A DNA stretch of 64,000 nt from Narcine bancroftii. Taxonomy: Eukaryota. The position numbers were made by a program, and so were the translations under genes. The notes beneath the pieces were generated by a model. It did not search any database. It saw nothing but the letters and a program-made list of their open reading frames with translations, and was not told where the DNA came from. This document shows positions 12,171 to 25,915 of this stretch, piece by piece. The stretch spans positions 16,182,001 through 16,246,000 of the forward strand of contig NC_091474.1 of assembly GCF_036971445.1 (NCBI RefSeq), given 5' to 3'. Positions within the stretch are counted from its first letter, which is position 1, and each line of letters begins with the position of its first letter.

Positions 12171-13964
12171 GTATAGAATTAGGATGATGCCAGGATTATC
12201 CTGTATAAGAAGTAGACATTGAAATTTTGGAAAACACAATTCTAATAGCAAATGCTGCGCAAACACAGCATTTCAAATTTAAATTTGCGTTAGCAGTTGG
12301 AACTCTCATTCAACATTTTGTATTTTGGTCAATAAAAAGCTGAAAGAAGAAAGTATCTTGGACTCCTCCTTGATGGCACATCTGTCAAAGTACTAAAAGG
12401 GCAAATTATGAGATATTGTTTCTGCAGGCAAGATCAAGTTTTAAAAATTGAACATTGTGAAATCTGGTCTGAAAATGTGGGAAAAAAAAGGATTTTCCAA
12501 ACAGATTAAACAATTTCATGTGAAAATTAAATGTAGCATCAATGTACAACTACTGGCACCATAAAAAGTTATGTATAGATTTTAGCACTTTATGACTTTT
12601 GATTTTATTGAAAAATATCTATAAAGGAAAGGTTTAACACTGAAAGTTATCAAATGGCAAACATTTCAACATCCAAACTTCTGAATTAAGAGCAGTCATT
12701 CGATGAAATGTGTTCACAAAAGATTTTACCTGACTTAAGCAAGTCCTTCTTGACAAGTAAAGGACACATCATCTCCACTCCAACCTGTTCAAACCCCTCA
12801 AGGACTTACAAGCTTCAATCAAGCCACCCTTTACTCTTCTGTGCTCCAATGGGTACGTCTAGTCTGTCAAGGCTTTGCTCTCAAGGAAGTCCGTTTATTC
12901 CAGATATCAATCTAAATTTTCAATCGTTTAAATCCTATTTTCAAAATGAGGCATTGGAATCACATTCTGCACACAAAAAAAATGTACTTACTAACACAGG
13001 TATCTTCCGTTTCATCAATAATCTGCTTGGCTGTGGGCTTTCAACACAAAATCGTTCACCTGGTGGAGCAACAAAGAGTAATGCGATAGGTTAATGATTG
13101 TTCAAAAACTTTAATACAGACACGATAAATGAAAGTACAACAAGGTGGAAAAAGTCCAAAATACAAGGGAAATTAAAAACTTCGAACTGCCGGATCCTTA
13201 AACTCCAAATGAACTTTTAAAGCTCTCTGCAAGAAAAAATTCCACACATTAATAATAAATGGCACGATCCACAAGCTGTTCAGGTACAGTCAGACCTTTG
13301 CTCTGTACCTAATGCATACCAGAGTTCTCGTGGGCGTACTTGATATTATTGTTGACAGCATGCCAGAAGTCCAAACAGGTTTGTATACCAACAGATAGGT
13401 CCCCCACCTTGACAGCTAGGAAGTAAATACAAAAATTGCTGGTCTTTGCTGCAACAAAAAGAAACAATCCCTGATCTGGGATACGATGTTCTACCCATTT
13501 ATAGATGATAGACTGAAAACAGTTCTGGATACCAACAGTCATAAATAATAAAAGATAACTAGCAGTTCCATCAGCCACTTCAGGACTAACCTTTTTATTA
13601 TCAGAATTCAATATTAGGCATGAAAGCAAATAAAAACTTCATGTTTGTGTTGAAAATGAACTGGCACTTTAGACCAAACATTCTCAACCTTATTTTTGTC
13701 TATGCCCCTCTCCTTTTCAGGACTCTGTTCAAAGTTTATAGACCCCCTTCCCTGTGAAGCAGTCGAGATTTTTTTCTTCTGTACTTCTCTCCTACTGACT
13801 TCACAAAAAAAAATTATGCTATGCGAGGTGAAAAGAAAACAAGGCTTATACTTAATGTGCTGTGGCCCCCAGGGTGGCCATAAAATCTGCATTGACTGCT
13901 TTAGACCCTCAATTTCATTATGTTAAAAGGGATTGGTTATTGGGTAGAACTAGAGAACATTACA

Positions 13965-15055
13965 GCATAGAAACAGGCTCTTCAGCCCTTCCTGTTGGTG
14001 CCGAACCCTTTTTTGGCTAGTCCCACTGACCTGCCCCCAGTCCATAGCTCTCCATACCTCTCCCATCATGTACCTGTCCAAATTCTTCTTAAATTTTAAT
14101 ATTGAGCTAAGATTTACCACTTCAACTGCCAGCTCATTCCACACTCCCTCCACTGTGAGAAGAAGTTCCCCCTTATGTTCTTCTTTCTCTCTTAACCCAC
14201 GTCATCTGGTTTGTAGCTCACCCACCCTCAGTGGAAAAAGCCCATCTACATTTACTTTCTATCCCCCTCATAATTATAAATACCTCTATCAAATCTCCCC
14301 TCATTCTTTTACACTCTAGGGAATATAGTCTAGCCTGTTTAACTATTCACTGTAACTCAGTTCCTGAATCTTCTCTGCACTCTTTCTATCTTATTGACAT
14401 CTTTCCTGTAGTTTCCTTGAAAAACTTTATAAGATTGGTTAAACACGACCTACCACACACAAAGCCATGTAGACTATCCCAAATCAGTTCCTGGCTATCC
14501 AAATAATTGTATATCTAATTTCTTAGAACTCCTTCCAATAATTTACCTAATTCTGATGTTAGGCTCACTGGTATACAATTTCCAGGGTTACTTTTGGAGT
14601 CTTTTTTAAACAATGGAACAACTTGAGTTACCCTCCAATCCTCCAGCACCTCACCTATGGCAAAGGACATTTTAAATATGACTGCCGGAGCACCTGCAAT
14701 TTCTATACTAGCCTCCATCAAGGTGTGAGGGAATATCTTGTCAGGTCCTGGGGATTTATCCACCCTCATTTGCTTCAAAACAGCAAGCACTTCCTCCTCT
14801 TCAATCAGTATAGGTTCCTTGTCCACCAAGATCTCGCCCATCTCTTTTGGCTTCATACAAAGCTGACTACTTTGATCTTCAAGAGGACCAATTTTGTCTT
14901 TTACTATCCTTTTGCTCATAATATACCTGTACAAATCCTTAGGATTTTCTTTCACATTGACTGCCAAAGCAACTCATGTCTTCTTTTAATCTTCCTGATT
15001 TCTTTCTTGAAGTTTTTCTTGCATTTTTGTACTCCTCAAGTCCCTCATTTGCTCC
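13965..15055 (-). mobile_element. CR1 LINE, ORF2 and 3' part with internal deletions
   Basis: KSPGPDKIFPHTL...GEVLEDWRVTQVVPLFKKDSKSNPGNCIPVSLTS is a CR1 ORF2 motif; CR1 3' tail at about 13970. Confidence 0.88.
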
Positions 15056-15059
15056 ATGA

Positions 15060-16527
15060 TAATATGTGAGTGGAAAGAACAAAGTATGAAAACCATTGTT
15101 TTAATCATATCTAATTGACTCATTATGTGCATGGTTTCATAGCTCTAAAGGAAATAGGCCAATGACAATTTTTCTCAAGCAAAATATTTCAGTACTAATT
15201 GGGGACAGAGCAGTGATTCTCAACCTTCCCTTCCCACTCACATCTTTCTTTGGCTTGGCTTCGCGGACGAAGATTTATGGAGGGGGTAAAAGTCCACGTC
15301 AGCTGCAGGCTCGATTGTGGCTGACAAGTCCGATGCGGGACAGGCAGACACGGTTGCAGGGGAAAATTGGTTGGTTGGGCTTGGGTGTTGGGTTTTTCCT
15401 CCTTTGTCTTTTGTCAGTGAGGTGGGCTCTGCGGTCTTCTTCAAAGGAGGTTGCTGCCCGCCGAACTGTGAGGCGCCAAAATGCACGGTTTGAGGCGAGA
15501 TCAGCCCACTGGCGGTGGTCAATGTGGCAGGCACCAAGAGATTTCTTTAGGCACTCCTTGTACCTCTTCTTTGGTGCACCTCTGTCACGGTGGCCAGTGG
15601 AGAGCTCGCCATATAACAGGATCTTGGGAAGGCGATGGTCCTCCATTCTGGAGACTTGACCCACCCAGCGCAGCTGGATCTTCAGCAGCGTGAACTCGAT
15701 GCTGTCGACCTCTGCCATCTCGAGTACTTCGATGTTAGGGATGAAGTCGCTCCAATGAATTTTGAGGATGGAGCGGAGACAACGCTGGTGGAAGCGTTCT
15801 AGGAGCCGTAGGTGATGCCGGTAGAGGACCCATGATTCGGAGCCGAATATGAGTGTGGGTATGACAATGGCTCTGTATACGCTAATCTTTGTGAGATTTT
15901 TCAGTTGGTTGTTTTTCAAGACTCTTTTGTGTAGTCTTCCAAAGGCGCTATTTGCCTTGGAGAGTCTGTTGTCTATCTTGTTGTCGATCCTTGCATCTGA
16001 TGAAATGGTGCAGCCGAGATAGGTAAACTGGTTGACCGTTTTGAGTTTTGTGTGCCCGATGGAGATGTGGGGGGGCTGGTAGTCATGGTGGGGAGCTGGC
16101 TGATGGAGGACCTCCGTTTTCTTCAGGCTGACTTCCAGGCCAAACATTTTGGCAGTTTCTGCAAAACAGGACGTCAAGCGCTGAAGAGCTGGCTCTGAAT
16201 AGGCAACTAAAGCGGCATCGTCTGCAAAGAGTAGTTCACGGACAAGTTTCTCTTGTGTCTTGGTGTTAGCTTGCAGGCGCCTCAGATTGAAGAGACTGCC
16301 ATCCGTGCGGTACCGGATGTAAACAGCGTCTTCATTGTTGAGGTCTTTCATGGCTTGGTTCAGCATCATGCTGAAGAAGATTGAAAAGAGGGTTGGTGCG
16401 AGAACACAGCCTTGCTTCATGCCATTGTTAATGGAGAAGGGTTCAGAGAGCTCATTGCTGTATCTGACCCGACCTTGTCCACTCAACATACAACCTTAAG
16501 CAATCCCTTACTAATCACAGAGCACTG
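15060..16527. repeat. hAT-TIR-bearing repeat unit split by an RTE insertion
   Basis: 'cagtgattctcaaccttccc' (hAT/Charlie-like terminus) at about 15211; the sequence resumes after the RTE at 16479. Confidence 0.4.
15244..16478 (-). mobile_element. RTE-clade LINE, 5'-truncated young copy with an intact partial ORF (RT C-half)
   Basis: 396-aa ORF with GMKQGCVLAPTLF and LLFADDAAL motifs; same 3' end as the other copies. TSD ccactca(a)cat at 15234-15243 and 16479-16489. Confidence 0.95.
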
Positions 16528-17178
16528 ATGGTGGAAATGTTCTCAAGTGCTTCTATTTCATTGCAAGGAATACTGTAAGAAAGGCAGACTAGCTTAAAAC
16601 GTGAATTGGCATGTGGAATTATGGCATTGTGGCCATTAGTCAAACTTAGTAGGAGGAGGGGTAAAACTTTCCTGAACACATTTGGCAAACTCCAAGCCAT
16701 TTGGCCCTTTTACAGTATTGGAGTCCCAGTCAATATTTGGAAAATTAAAATCTCTTACTATCACCCTATGTTTCCTGCAGCTGTCTGCTATCTCTCTGCA
16801 GATTTCCTCCTCCAATTCTTCTTGAATATTGGACGGTCTATAATACAACCCTTTGAGTGTGGTCATACCTTTCCCGTTCCTCTTCTCCAGCCATTATAGC
16901 CTCAGTAGACGAGCCCTCTAGTCTTCCTGACTGAGCACCTCTGTGATATTTTCCCTGATGAAAAATTCCACTTCTCCCCTCTTTCATTCCTGTTTTATTT
17001 CATCTAAAGCAACAGAAGCCCAGAACTTTGAGCTGCCAGTCTTACCCCTCCTCCTACTAAGTTTGACTAATGGCCACAATGCCATAATTCCACATGCCAA
17101 TTCACGCTTTAAGCTAGTCTGCCTTTCTTACAGTATTCCTTGCAATGAAATAGAAGCACTTGAGAACATTTCCACCAT
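16528..17178. repeat. 141-bp near-perfect inverted duplication (arms 16528-16668 and 17038-17178)
   Basis: The arms are reverse complements with 2 mismatches seen; the ORF track shows the same peptide on opposite strands. Confidence 0.92.
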
Positions 17179-18480
17179 ATACAACTCATTGACTTCTAAT
17201 GGTGCATGCAATTTTAACATCCTCTTTTCCCACCTCCACACCTCTATCTGCTCTGGCACTCTGGTTCCCATCCCCCCGCAAATCAAGTTTACATTCACCG
17301 AAGCAGCACTAGCAAACCTTTCCACAAGGATATTAGTCTCCCTCTGATGCCAACTGTCACATCGGAACAGGTCCCACCTGGAAAAGAGCTCAATGGACCA
17401 GAAACATGACCCTCCCTCCTCCACCATCACTTCAACCATGTGTTAAACTGCACTATCCCTTTTTCAAACCTCACTAGCTCACGGCTCAGGTAGCAATCCT
17501 GAGATCACAACTCTGGAGGTCCTTCAACCTAGCGTCTAAATCCCTGAACTCTTCTTGGAGGACCTCTTCACCTTTCCTACCCATATCATTGGTCCCTCTA
17601 TGGACCACAACATCCAGCTGCTCGCCCTCCCTCCTGAGAATGCCATGAACTCGATCTGAGATATCTCGGTCCCTGGCACTAGGGAGGCAACATACCATCT
17701 GGGATACTCGATCTCTTCCACAGAACCTTTTATCTGTTCCCCTAACTATGGAATCCCCCAACACGACAGCTTGTCTCTTCTTCCCCCCCACCCCCCCACC
17801 CATCTTTTCTTAGCCACAGGACCAGACTCCATGCCAGAGACTTATCCCTGGTACATACATTCCCCCCACCAAAAAAAAACCCAACAGTATCCAAAATGGT
17901 ACACTTGTTATTGAGGGGAAAAACCACAGGGGAGTCCTGCACTGCCTGCCTGTCCCATTTTCCTTTCCTGACTGTCACCCATCTACCCTCCACCTACCTC
18001 CTAGGTGTGATAGTGTCCCTGTAACTTATACCTGTATATGCCTCATCCTCTCTACCACCTGAATGATCCGGATTTCATCCAACCCCAGCTCCAATTCCTT
18101 AACTTGGCTTGTCAGGAGCTGCAGCTGGATGCACTTCTCGCAGATGAAGTCATCAGGGACACTGTTGGCTTCCCTGATGACGCACATTATGCAAAAGAGG
18201 AGCATTCCCCTGCTTTGGCTGCCATTCCCACTGTTTATGCAGGGGTGTCCAGCCTTTTAATTTTTAGAAATACAGCATGGTAACATTTCGGCCCACAAGT
18301 CCATTGGCCACCCCTGAACAAGAGGAACAAAATGTATGATATATAAAACTTGTACTTACCTGTGCCTACTTGCTGAATCTTTTTTGTTCCTTGAATATGG
18401 TGGCCATTTCTTATTTCGCCTCCTGCACCACCACCTCAGCCTCCACTCACTGAAACCCCTTGAGCCAAAGCCTTGCCCCT
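16669..18480 (-). mobile_element. CR1 LINE 5' part: ORF1 (SGNH esterase-like) and ORF2 endonuclease N-terminus
   Basis: ORF1 fragment AVVLGDSIVRGTD...VCCLP.AR...VVVH.GTND is the CR1 ORF1 esterase; ORF2 fragment YYRPSN...DFNFPNIDW is the APE domain. Confidence 0.85.
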
Positions 18481-19689
18481 CTAACAATGACTGCTCCGTC
18501 ACACAGTCCATCAATTTCATATTGATACTTGACTCATCTGATCTCAATTGCCCTTCAACTGTTGAACCCGATTGCCCAATCAACTAACTCCTCTGTCTTA
18601 ACTGTTGAACTCAATCAATTAATTAGCAGTGAGGCTGCAAGTAAACTTTAAGCATGAACATACAAGGAGAAAATATTTGCAAGACCTTGGAGACAGAATG
18701 TGGAAATTGCTTTGGTAGCGAGCTTGCATGGAGATGTGCTGAATCGTGTCCTTCTGTTCTGATGACATGAATTCCAACATGAATTCCAAGAACACTTTAT
18801 TCAAACAAAGGAGGGCATTTTTTTTCCTCAGAAGGCAAAACTACCCAAAATCATGCAAATGCCATTAATAGTTCACTGTGAGAGAAGGATTTCCAGAGGT
18901 CAGCCAATTTATTCAAAGTTCCAAAAACAACAACAATATTTGATCTCATGAGTCAACAATGAATCATATAAATTAATGGAAAAAGCCACTCTCTAAAGTG
19001 GAAAAGAGTTGTATAACTTAATTTATTTATAAATCATTAATTCCAACAGCAAATCCAAATATTGGCTTTGCCCACCAACCTTCACGGCTGTCGTCTTGTG
19101 GTATTTATAAAAACACACAAAAATCTTTTAAAAAATACTTGAGAATAGAACATTTCATTTGAATGGAAAGGACTAGATGAGGGAGAGAGAGACATGCCAA
19201 TTAATTTATTTCCTTTTGAATTAAATTCAGTATAATTTGAAATAAAGGATGAAGTACATGAATTTTACCCCTCTGCCTTGCAGCCATTCCTTTCATTTAA
19301 ATGAATAAAACCATTAGATGTGACCCAGATGCAACACTAAGCTGGTTTATCGGCTTGGAATGTTGCAAGGAATGGTCATGGATGTGCAGCTCCCCTAGCA
19401 CTGGAGTGCAGTTGGAGAGACTGAGAAGTCGTGTCTCAGTAAGTGAAGACTTCAGTGTTTGTTCATGTGCTTAACATTTGAAAGAAGTGCAAAGAAATGC
19501 CATGTGGAATTGCCAGCATTTTAGGAAAATCCAGGCTATTGCAAAACTAATATGTACAATTTAGTGCAGAAATTGCAGTTGGTTACATCCTGTTCCTTCC
19601 TAAAGTTGCTGGAGCAATCTAGCTTTGTACACTCTATTTTCTTTGCTAAAAAGTTGAAAGAATTACTTAATTTAGATTAATTCTGATAT

Positions 19690-19892
19690 AGAGTATGGTA
19701 ACAGGCCCTTCTGGCCCACAAACATGTGCCACCCATTTACACCTAATTCACCTACAACCACCATATGTTTTTGGAAGGAGGGATAAAACTGGAGGAACCA
19801 GAAGAAACCCACATGGTTCACAGAGAACGTACAAACTCCTGACAAACCTTGGTCTCCGGTGCTACCGCTACACTAACCATGCCACTCCAGCT
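19690..19892 (-). mobile_element. V-SINE copy
   Basis: Same family as 9625-9860. Confidence 0.6.
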
Positions 19893-20327
19893 TGACGAAT
19901 AAATTGGCATTGGCCATTTTTGACAACGTGCACTAAACCTGAACGTTGAACACTTTCCTTGCCCTGATATATTTAATGGGGGATGTAGAATTCGTGCAAA
20001 ATAGTTCCAAATCCAATGGCTTTTAGAAGGATCAAGACATTAAAGGTTCTGATTCTATCATATGTATAGTTCCCCCAACAATCCTTAAGCAAACATCAAA
20101 AGTTCTTCACAGTCTCTGGAAACTGTTTGGTATGCATTTCCAGTTTATGATGTAATGTGGAGCTTCATATTTTGGGAAATATTACACTGACTTGTTTAGT
20201 TTCACAGAGATAGAGAGAGAGGGAGGCACCCTATATAAACAGAAGCACGTGTTGCAAGCTTGGACATGTAGTGCTTTCACAGTTTAATACAATTGCGCAG
20301 TTTGCACACAAGACTCCATTTCACACT

Positions 20328-20745
20328 GTTACGAGCCCAAAGGACCCCAAAACCTAGCAGCAATAGACATTCACCCAGATAAATGGTTACTTAAACAAAG
20401 GTTGCTTTTAATTATCTTTAAACTTGGAAACAGAATCACACTTTAACTTATCACTATTGACTTAACTAATCTAACTTAACCCCCTTCCAATTCTCAGCGC
20501 ACGTGTCTATAATGTGTGTGTAAGTTCAAAAACGTTCTTTGGTTCACAGTCCAATCTCACTTCTCATTCCTCCAAGTTTGCTGGTCGCAGGCAATTCTTA
20601 GACTGTGCACAGAATTTAACATTTATTAAGTTCACTAGGCTTTGGTGCTTGAAAGGTAAATGGTTACTGCTCAGGAAGGCTCTTTTTGTTTTTTTAGAGA
20701 GAGGTTTGTTGTTCGAGGACATCTACAACTGATTTACTTCCATGT
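20328..20745. mobile_element. Solo-LTR-like repeat, inverted relative to the copy ending at 12170
   Basis: Starts TGTTACGAGCCC; homologous to the reverse complement of about 11850-12170. Confidence 0.55.
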
Positions 20746-20853
20746 AGTGTGACTTACTGAGTTTCTTGAGCGCTGATAGTCTGTCACATATTTCAAAATT
20801 ATTTCAGAGCAAGGACCACATTCATACTGGATCATATAATTCCCTTGCTTTTT

Positions 20854-21767
20854 CTTTTTGGCTTGGCTTTGCGGACGAAGATTTATGGAGGGGGTAAAAT
20901 GTCCACGTCAGCTGCAGGCTCGAATGTGGCTGACAAGTCCGATGCGGGACAGGCAGACACGGTTGCAGCGGTTGCAGGGGAAAATTTGGTTGGTTGGGGT
21001 TGGGTGTTGGGTTTTTCCTCCTTTGTCTTTTGTCAGTGAGGTGGTCTTAGCGGTCTTCTTCAAAGGAGGTTGCTGCCTGCCGAACTGTGAGGCGCCAAGA
21101 TGCACGGTTTGAGGCGATATCAGCCCACAGGCGATGGTCAATGTGGCAGGCACCAAGAGATTTCTTTAGGCAGTCCTTGTACCTCTTCTTTGGTGCACCT
21201 CTGTCATGGTGGCCACTGGAGAGCTCGCCATAGAACACGATCTTGGGAAGGCGATGGTCCTCCATTCTGGAGACGTGACCCACCCAGCGCAGTTGGATCT
21301 TCAGCAGCGTGGACTCGATGCTGTCGGCCTCTGCCATCTCGAGTACTTCGATGTTAGGGATGAAGGCGCTCCAATGAATGTTGAGGATGGAGCGGAGACA
21401 ACGCTGGTGGAAGCATTCTAGGAGCCGTAGGTGATGCCGGTAGAGGACCCATGATTCGGAGCCGAACAGGAGTGTGGGTATGACAACGGCTCTGTATACG
21501 CTTATCTTTGTGAGGTTTTTCAGTTGGTTGTTTTTCCAGACTCTTTTGTGTAGTCTTCCAAAGGCATTATTTGCCTTGGCGAGTCTGTTGTCTATCTCGT
21601 TGTCGATTATTGCATCTGATGAAATGGTGCAGCCGAGATAGGTAAACTGGTTGACCGTTTTGAGTTTTGTGTGCCCGATGGAGATGTGGGGGGGGCTGGT
21701 GGGGAGCTGGCTGATGGAGGACCTCAGTTTTCTTCAGGCTGACTTCCAGGCCAAACATTTTGGCAGT
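20854..21767 (-). mobile_element. RTE-clade LINE, 5'-truncated copy
   Basis: Same sequence as the other RTE copies; TSD ttgcttttt at 20845-20853 and 21768-21776. Confidence 0.93.
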
Positions 21768-23454
21768 TTGCTTTTTAAACCCCACTCAAAATTACAAAAT
21801 GGTCTCGTGGAATATCATGGAGGTTCCAATCCCAGAATTATTTCTGAAGTTTTCTCAGCTGTTTTACTGCAAGTTTTCCTGCTGAACTCATCATGAAAGA
21901 GAAAACTTCCCAGGGATAAATTTGTGGGATAGGAAATAAGCAAATCTGGAAAAATAGCATTAAAGTTAGGTTCTCCCAATCTACGATGCATTTTTTCTGT
22001 TTCTCCTTAAATAGAGAGATTATGTCACAAATTTCCTGATCCAGAGAAAGATTGTGCAACAGTAGAAAAGCAGGCTGAGCATTTGGTTTGGATTAAGGAA
22101 ATATTTTGAACTCAAAAAATAAATTACGTTTATGTTATGGCAATGATTAGATGCCCAATGACTAATGAAAAAGACAAAACTTTCAAATGGAAGAACTTTA
22201 CTTGGTCAGTTTGTGCCAGTTCCAATAATTCACCACAAAAATTGTTTTTCCTCTCCAAAAAGCAAAAGTAATATTCTGATATTGTTGCATTTCAGATTTA
22301 AATTACATGACACCCACAGGATTGATAAACTATAGATGCATGCTTCTGATTTTTTAGAATTTCTTATAGTTTTGAATGGCTGTAAACTTGACGCCTTGAG
22401 GTTGTGGGAGTAGATTAATTAATTCAGGGTCAGGTTTACTGAAGTAGGTCCATTGAAGTAGGCTTTGCTTATTATCTGTAAGTTGGTTACATAGCAGGTG
22501 TCCACACTGAGACCTGCGCAGTAGGAGATAGGCAGGCTTAGTTGTCCAACCCTTTATGATGGTCCACACTAATCTATTGTGATAAAGCAAATGGTAGTTG
22601 AGTTATTTTATTCAATTGCACCCCAGAATCAGCATTAATTACCCAACAACTTAAAATTGTCATTTATTAGAAAACTGACAACAAATAAGTAGTTCTGAAA
22701 TATTTAAATGTGGACAAAATATATAGTGGAGAAAAGCGACAGATAAGCAGGTAATGAATTGAAGAACAAGAGATAAATTCCATGGAATATTATATGGATG
22801 TGAAGTTATACACTTATACAGTTAGGCCTGAAATCCTATCATACATTTTTACTGCATATCTCAGTTTAAAGAGAGAAAAAAAATCAATGTGGATACTTTT
22901 AAACATGGTGTTCATTATTAAAGAGGGCCACCAAGTCCAATTATCTGTCTTCTACAGAAAAGCAAGATCCGGAACAAAGTAGATGGTTACTGGTCTAAAA
23001 GACAAGTAAATGTTTACCTTACATTATGATACAGAGAGAAGTGAGAGAGCTTTTTATTCCATGCAGCAAACCATGCCTGGACTACAAAACCAGTAAAACC
23101 TATCTGCATTTAGATATTTAAAAGAACATTTGCATCTCTAAACTGAAAACACATGCAGAAGCCAGGACAGTGCACTGTAAATACAAGGTATTGGCCAAAC
23201 AAAAATGAGCTGCATGCAAATAATTCATGGGTTAAGTGATCCAATATTAATGCAAAAGGAGAGAGGGGAGTTCTCCCTAATTTCAGGAGTAATATTTTCC
23301 AAAAAGCAAAAAAACAGATCTGGTCATCACATTGTCATCAGAAGGGAGTTTGTTGTGTTTAAAACTGGCTCCCAGGTTTCCAATGTAGCTAGCAGATAGA
23401 TATAGAAGCACTCCCATGGGTGTAAAATAGTGTTAAAAGGCACCATATATATTT

Positions 23455-24140
23455 AGATTTCAGATTCAGATTTATTGTCAGATTACATACATGACATCAC
23501 ATACAACCCAGAGATCCTTTATCTGTGGGCGTCAGAATTACCACATATTGGTCGTGTAAAAAAAAAACTCTACAATATACACATGAAAACAAATAAAGAA
23601 ATGTAAGCAAACTGACTGCAAATCAGAGAAAAAAAAACCAAATCAATGAAGTGCAAAAGTAAACAAGCCCCTGACTGAGTTTGTTGTTGATGGTGGAGCG
23701 GTATGTTCCTGAACGAGGTGTTATGGCACCTAGACCTCTTTCCTGATGGTAGCAGCGAGAACAGAGTGTGTGCTGGGTGGAGTGGATCCTTGATGATTCC
23801 TGCTGCTCTCCAATGGCAGCGTTTCTTGTAGATGATCTCAATGGTGGGGAGAAGTTTGCCTGTGATTCCTGTACTGATTCCACTGCCTTTTTCAGGGCTT
23901 TACACTCAGAGGAGTCTTGGTGTCCCCATACCAGACCGTGATGCAGCCAGTCAGCTCACTTTCCTCCACACATCTGTAGAAATTTGCTAGGGTTTCTGGA
24001 GTCAAACTCCTGAGAAAAGTAGAGGCACTGACAAGCTTTCTTCACAGTGCCATTATTGTATTAGGTCCAAGGAAGATCCTCTGAGATAGTGACTCCCAAA
24101 AACTTAATTTGCTAACCTTCTCCACTCTGATTCCCCCAAT
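23455..24140 (-). mobile_element. Rex1/Babar-like LINE 3' fragment
   Basis: Tail 'ttcagattcagatttattgtcaga' and similarity to 41118-42115 and 43460-44060. Confidence 0.7.
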
Positions 24141-24539
24141 GATCTCTATATTGTACATTTCATTGTATAACTGTGCTCTGCAGTCCATAGATTTCAATAA
24201 AAAAAGAAAAATATAGAGATAAACAAAAAGATCATGAATGCAAATAAAGTTTTTTTAGCAAAGATAAAATAAAATTAGATCAGAATGAATAAAAGGTATA
24301 CCTTCTCTAGGTTTCTGACACATGGTCCAAAGATCAATGTAGAAAATAGGCTGTGAAAGCAGGTGACACTTCTCAAACACACCCAAGACAGTTATTGAAA
24401 TTCACTGGTTCCTATTGTTCATTCAGGAAAATGTCTCCAGCAAATGAAGAATTATCCTGAAGAAATAAGAATGAGGAAGAGCTTTCACTGTTACTGAGGG
24501 AAATAACCATGAACTCGGAAAAACCTTCAAGGAACAAAT

Positions 24540-24845
24540 GGTCGAGGACCTCTACCATCCCGCACACAGTTGGGAAAGAGATACAGGAGTATCAGAACCA
24601 GCACCACCAGGCTAAGAAAGAGCTTCTTCCTGCAGGCAGTGAGAATGTTGAACGATCAAAGAAACTGCCCACACTAACCATCTGAACTCGCATGTTCATT
24701 ATACAGTATTTATTTTTGTGTATGTATTATTTATCTGTATGCATGTTACGATTGGTTGTGTGCCTGAATGTTTTGCACTGAGGACTGAAAAAATGTTATT
24801 TCATCGGGTTGTACCTGTGCAATCGGATGATATTGAACTTGAACA
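24540..24845 (+). mobile_element. Rex1/Babar-like LINE 3' fragment
   Basis: gggaaagagatacaggagtatcagaaccagcaccaccaggctaagaaagagcttcttcc (GKRYRSIRTSTTRLRKSFF). Confidence 0.6.
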
Positions 24846-25204
24846 AGCTGATGCATTGGACTTCTTTCTGAAAGCAAACTAAGAATTCCATTTGGACTCA
24901 TTATGACAACCAGAAAAATAAGCTACACTGAGGAAAAAAAAATGAACAATTAGCAAGTTTAAAACTAAGAATGGTCTTGAAAATAGTTTCTGTAGATTTG
25001 ATCTGCATTATGCAGAATAGCTTTGATATTACAGCAAATATAATTGTTAATAATAATAAGAAAGTTTCTGAAAACAACTGGCTACTGATTTCCATGGATG
25101 CTGCAGAACCTCTCGAGTTTCTCCAGCATTTTTGTGTTGTGTATTTGTTAATCAAAGCCATTTTGAATAATATCAAAAGGCCCATGCCTTGTCTAAAGTT
25201 AAAC

Positions 25205-25915
25205 TGTCTAATTTATACCTGGACATAAATCCTCGACGTGACAAATGTAAAACAAGTGATGCCTCTTTAATTCACATGTTCCTAGCTTAGAAAAATTTTG
25301 GAAGGAAATTTTTCAAATTTAGTTATTTTTAAATTAAAATTAGAACCTAAGCCTTTAAATAGCTCTTTTTGGAATACTTCAGGATGATTATGTTATACTA
25401 ACTTCAAATTCAATGTCGCATTTTATCCTTTTCTTCGTTAATGGCCAGACGTGCAATGTTGATTAAATGGAAAGACAATGTTTCACCTACACATGCACAA
25501 TGGTTAAGGGATATGAAGTCTTGTTTAAACTTGGAAAAAAAAATTAGACATGCTGTCATTGATTCAAATATCAAATTCCAAACAACATGGGGCTTGTTTA
25601 TGGACTATGATCTTAACCTTAAGAGTTAGTGTAGATTTAGAATTTGGGCTGCTACTCTCTCACTCTCCAAGATTATGCCACATGAATTTTTTTTAAATGT
25701 CAACTTTCATCCTTGCTTAGGGGAAGCGATATGGAATTTATCTTTTTTTTCTTAGGTTCTATTCTATCATAATGTTTGAGCTATTGAACTTCTGAATTTC
25801 TACAAAAGATTATTATAGTAATTTATTTTTAACTAGTTCTGTAGCACACATCACAATTGTATTGTTCATTTTTTCTATTGAATAAATATCATAAAAATAT
25901 TTTTAAAAAGAAAAG
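25205..25915 (+). mobile_element. L1-clade LINE 3' fragment
   Basis: Degenerate CCHC region (DKCK...ASLIHMF), then ARRAMLIKWK..SPT..QWL...LNLEK, then AATAAA and an A-rich tail. Confidence 0.7.

Noticed and set aside
13309-13448. Possible non-coding SLCO4A1 5' exon (good acceptor ttgtttctttttgttgcAG, weak donor TAG|GTACAG, minus strand)
   Set aside because: Splice-like signals alone are common; there is no transcript or conservation evidence.
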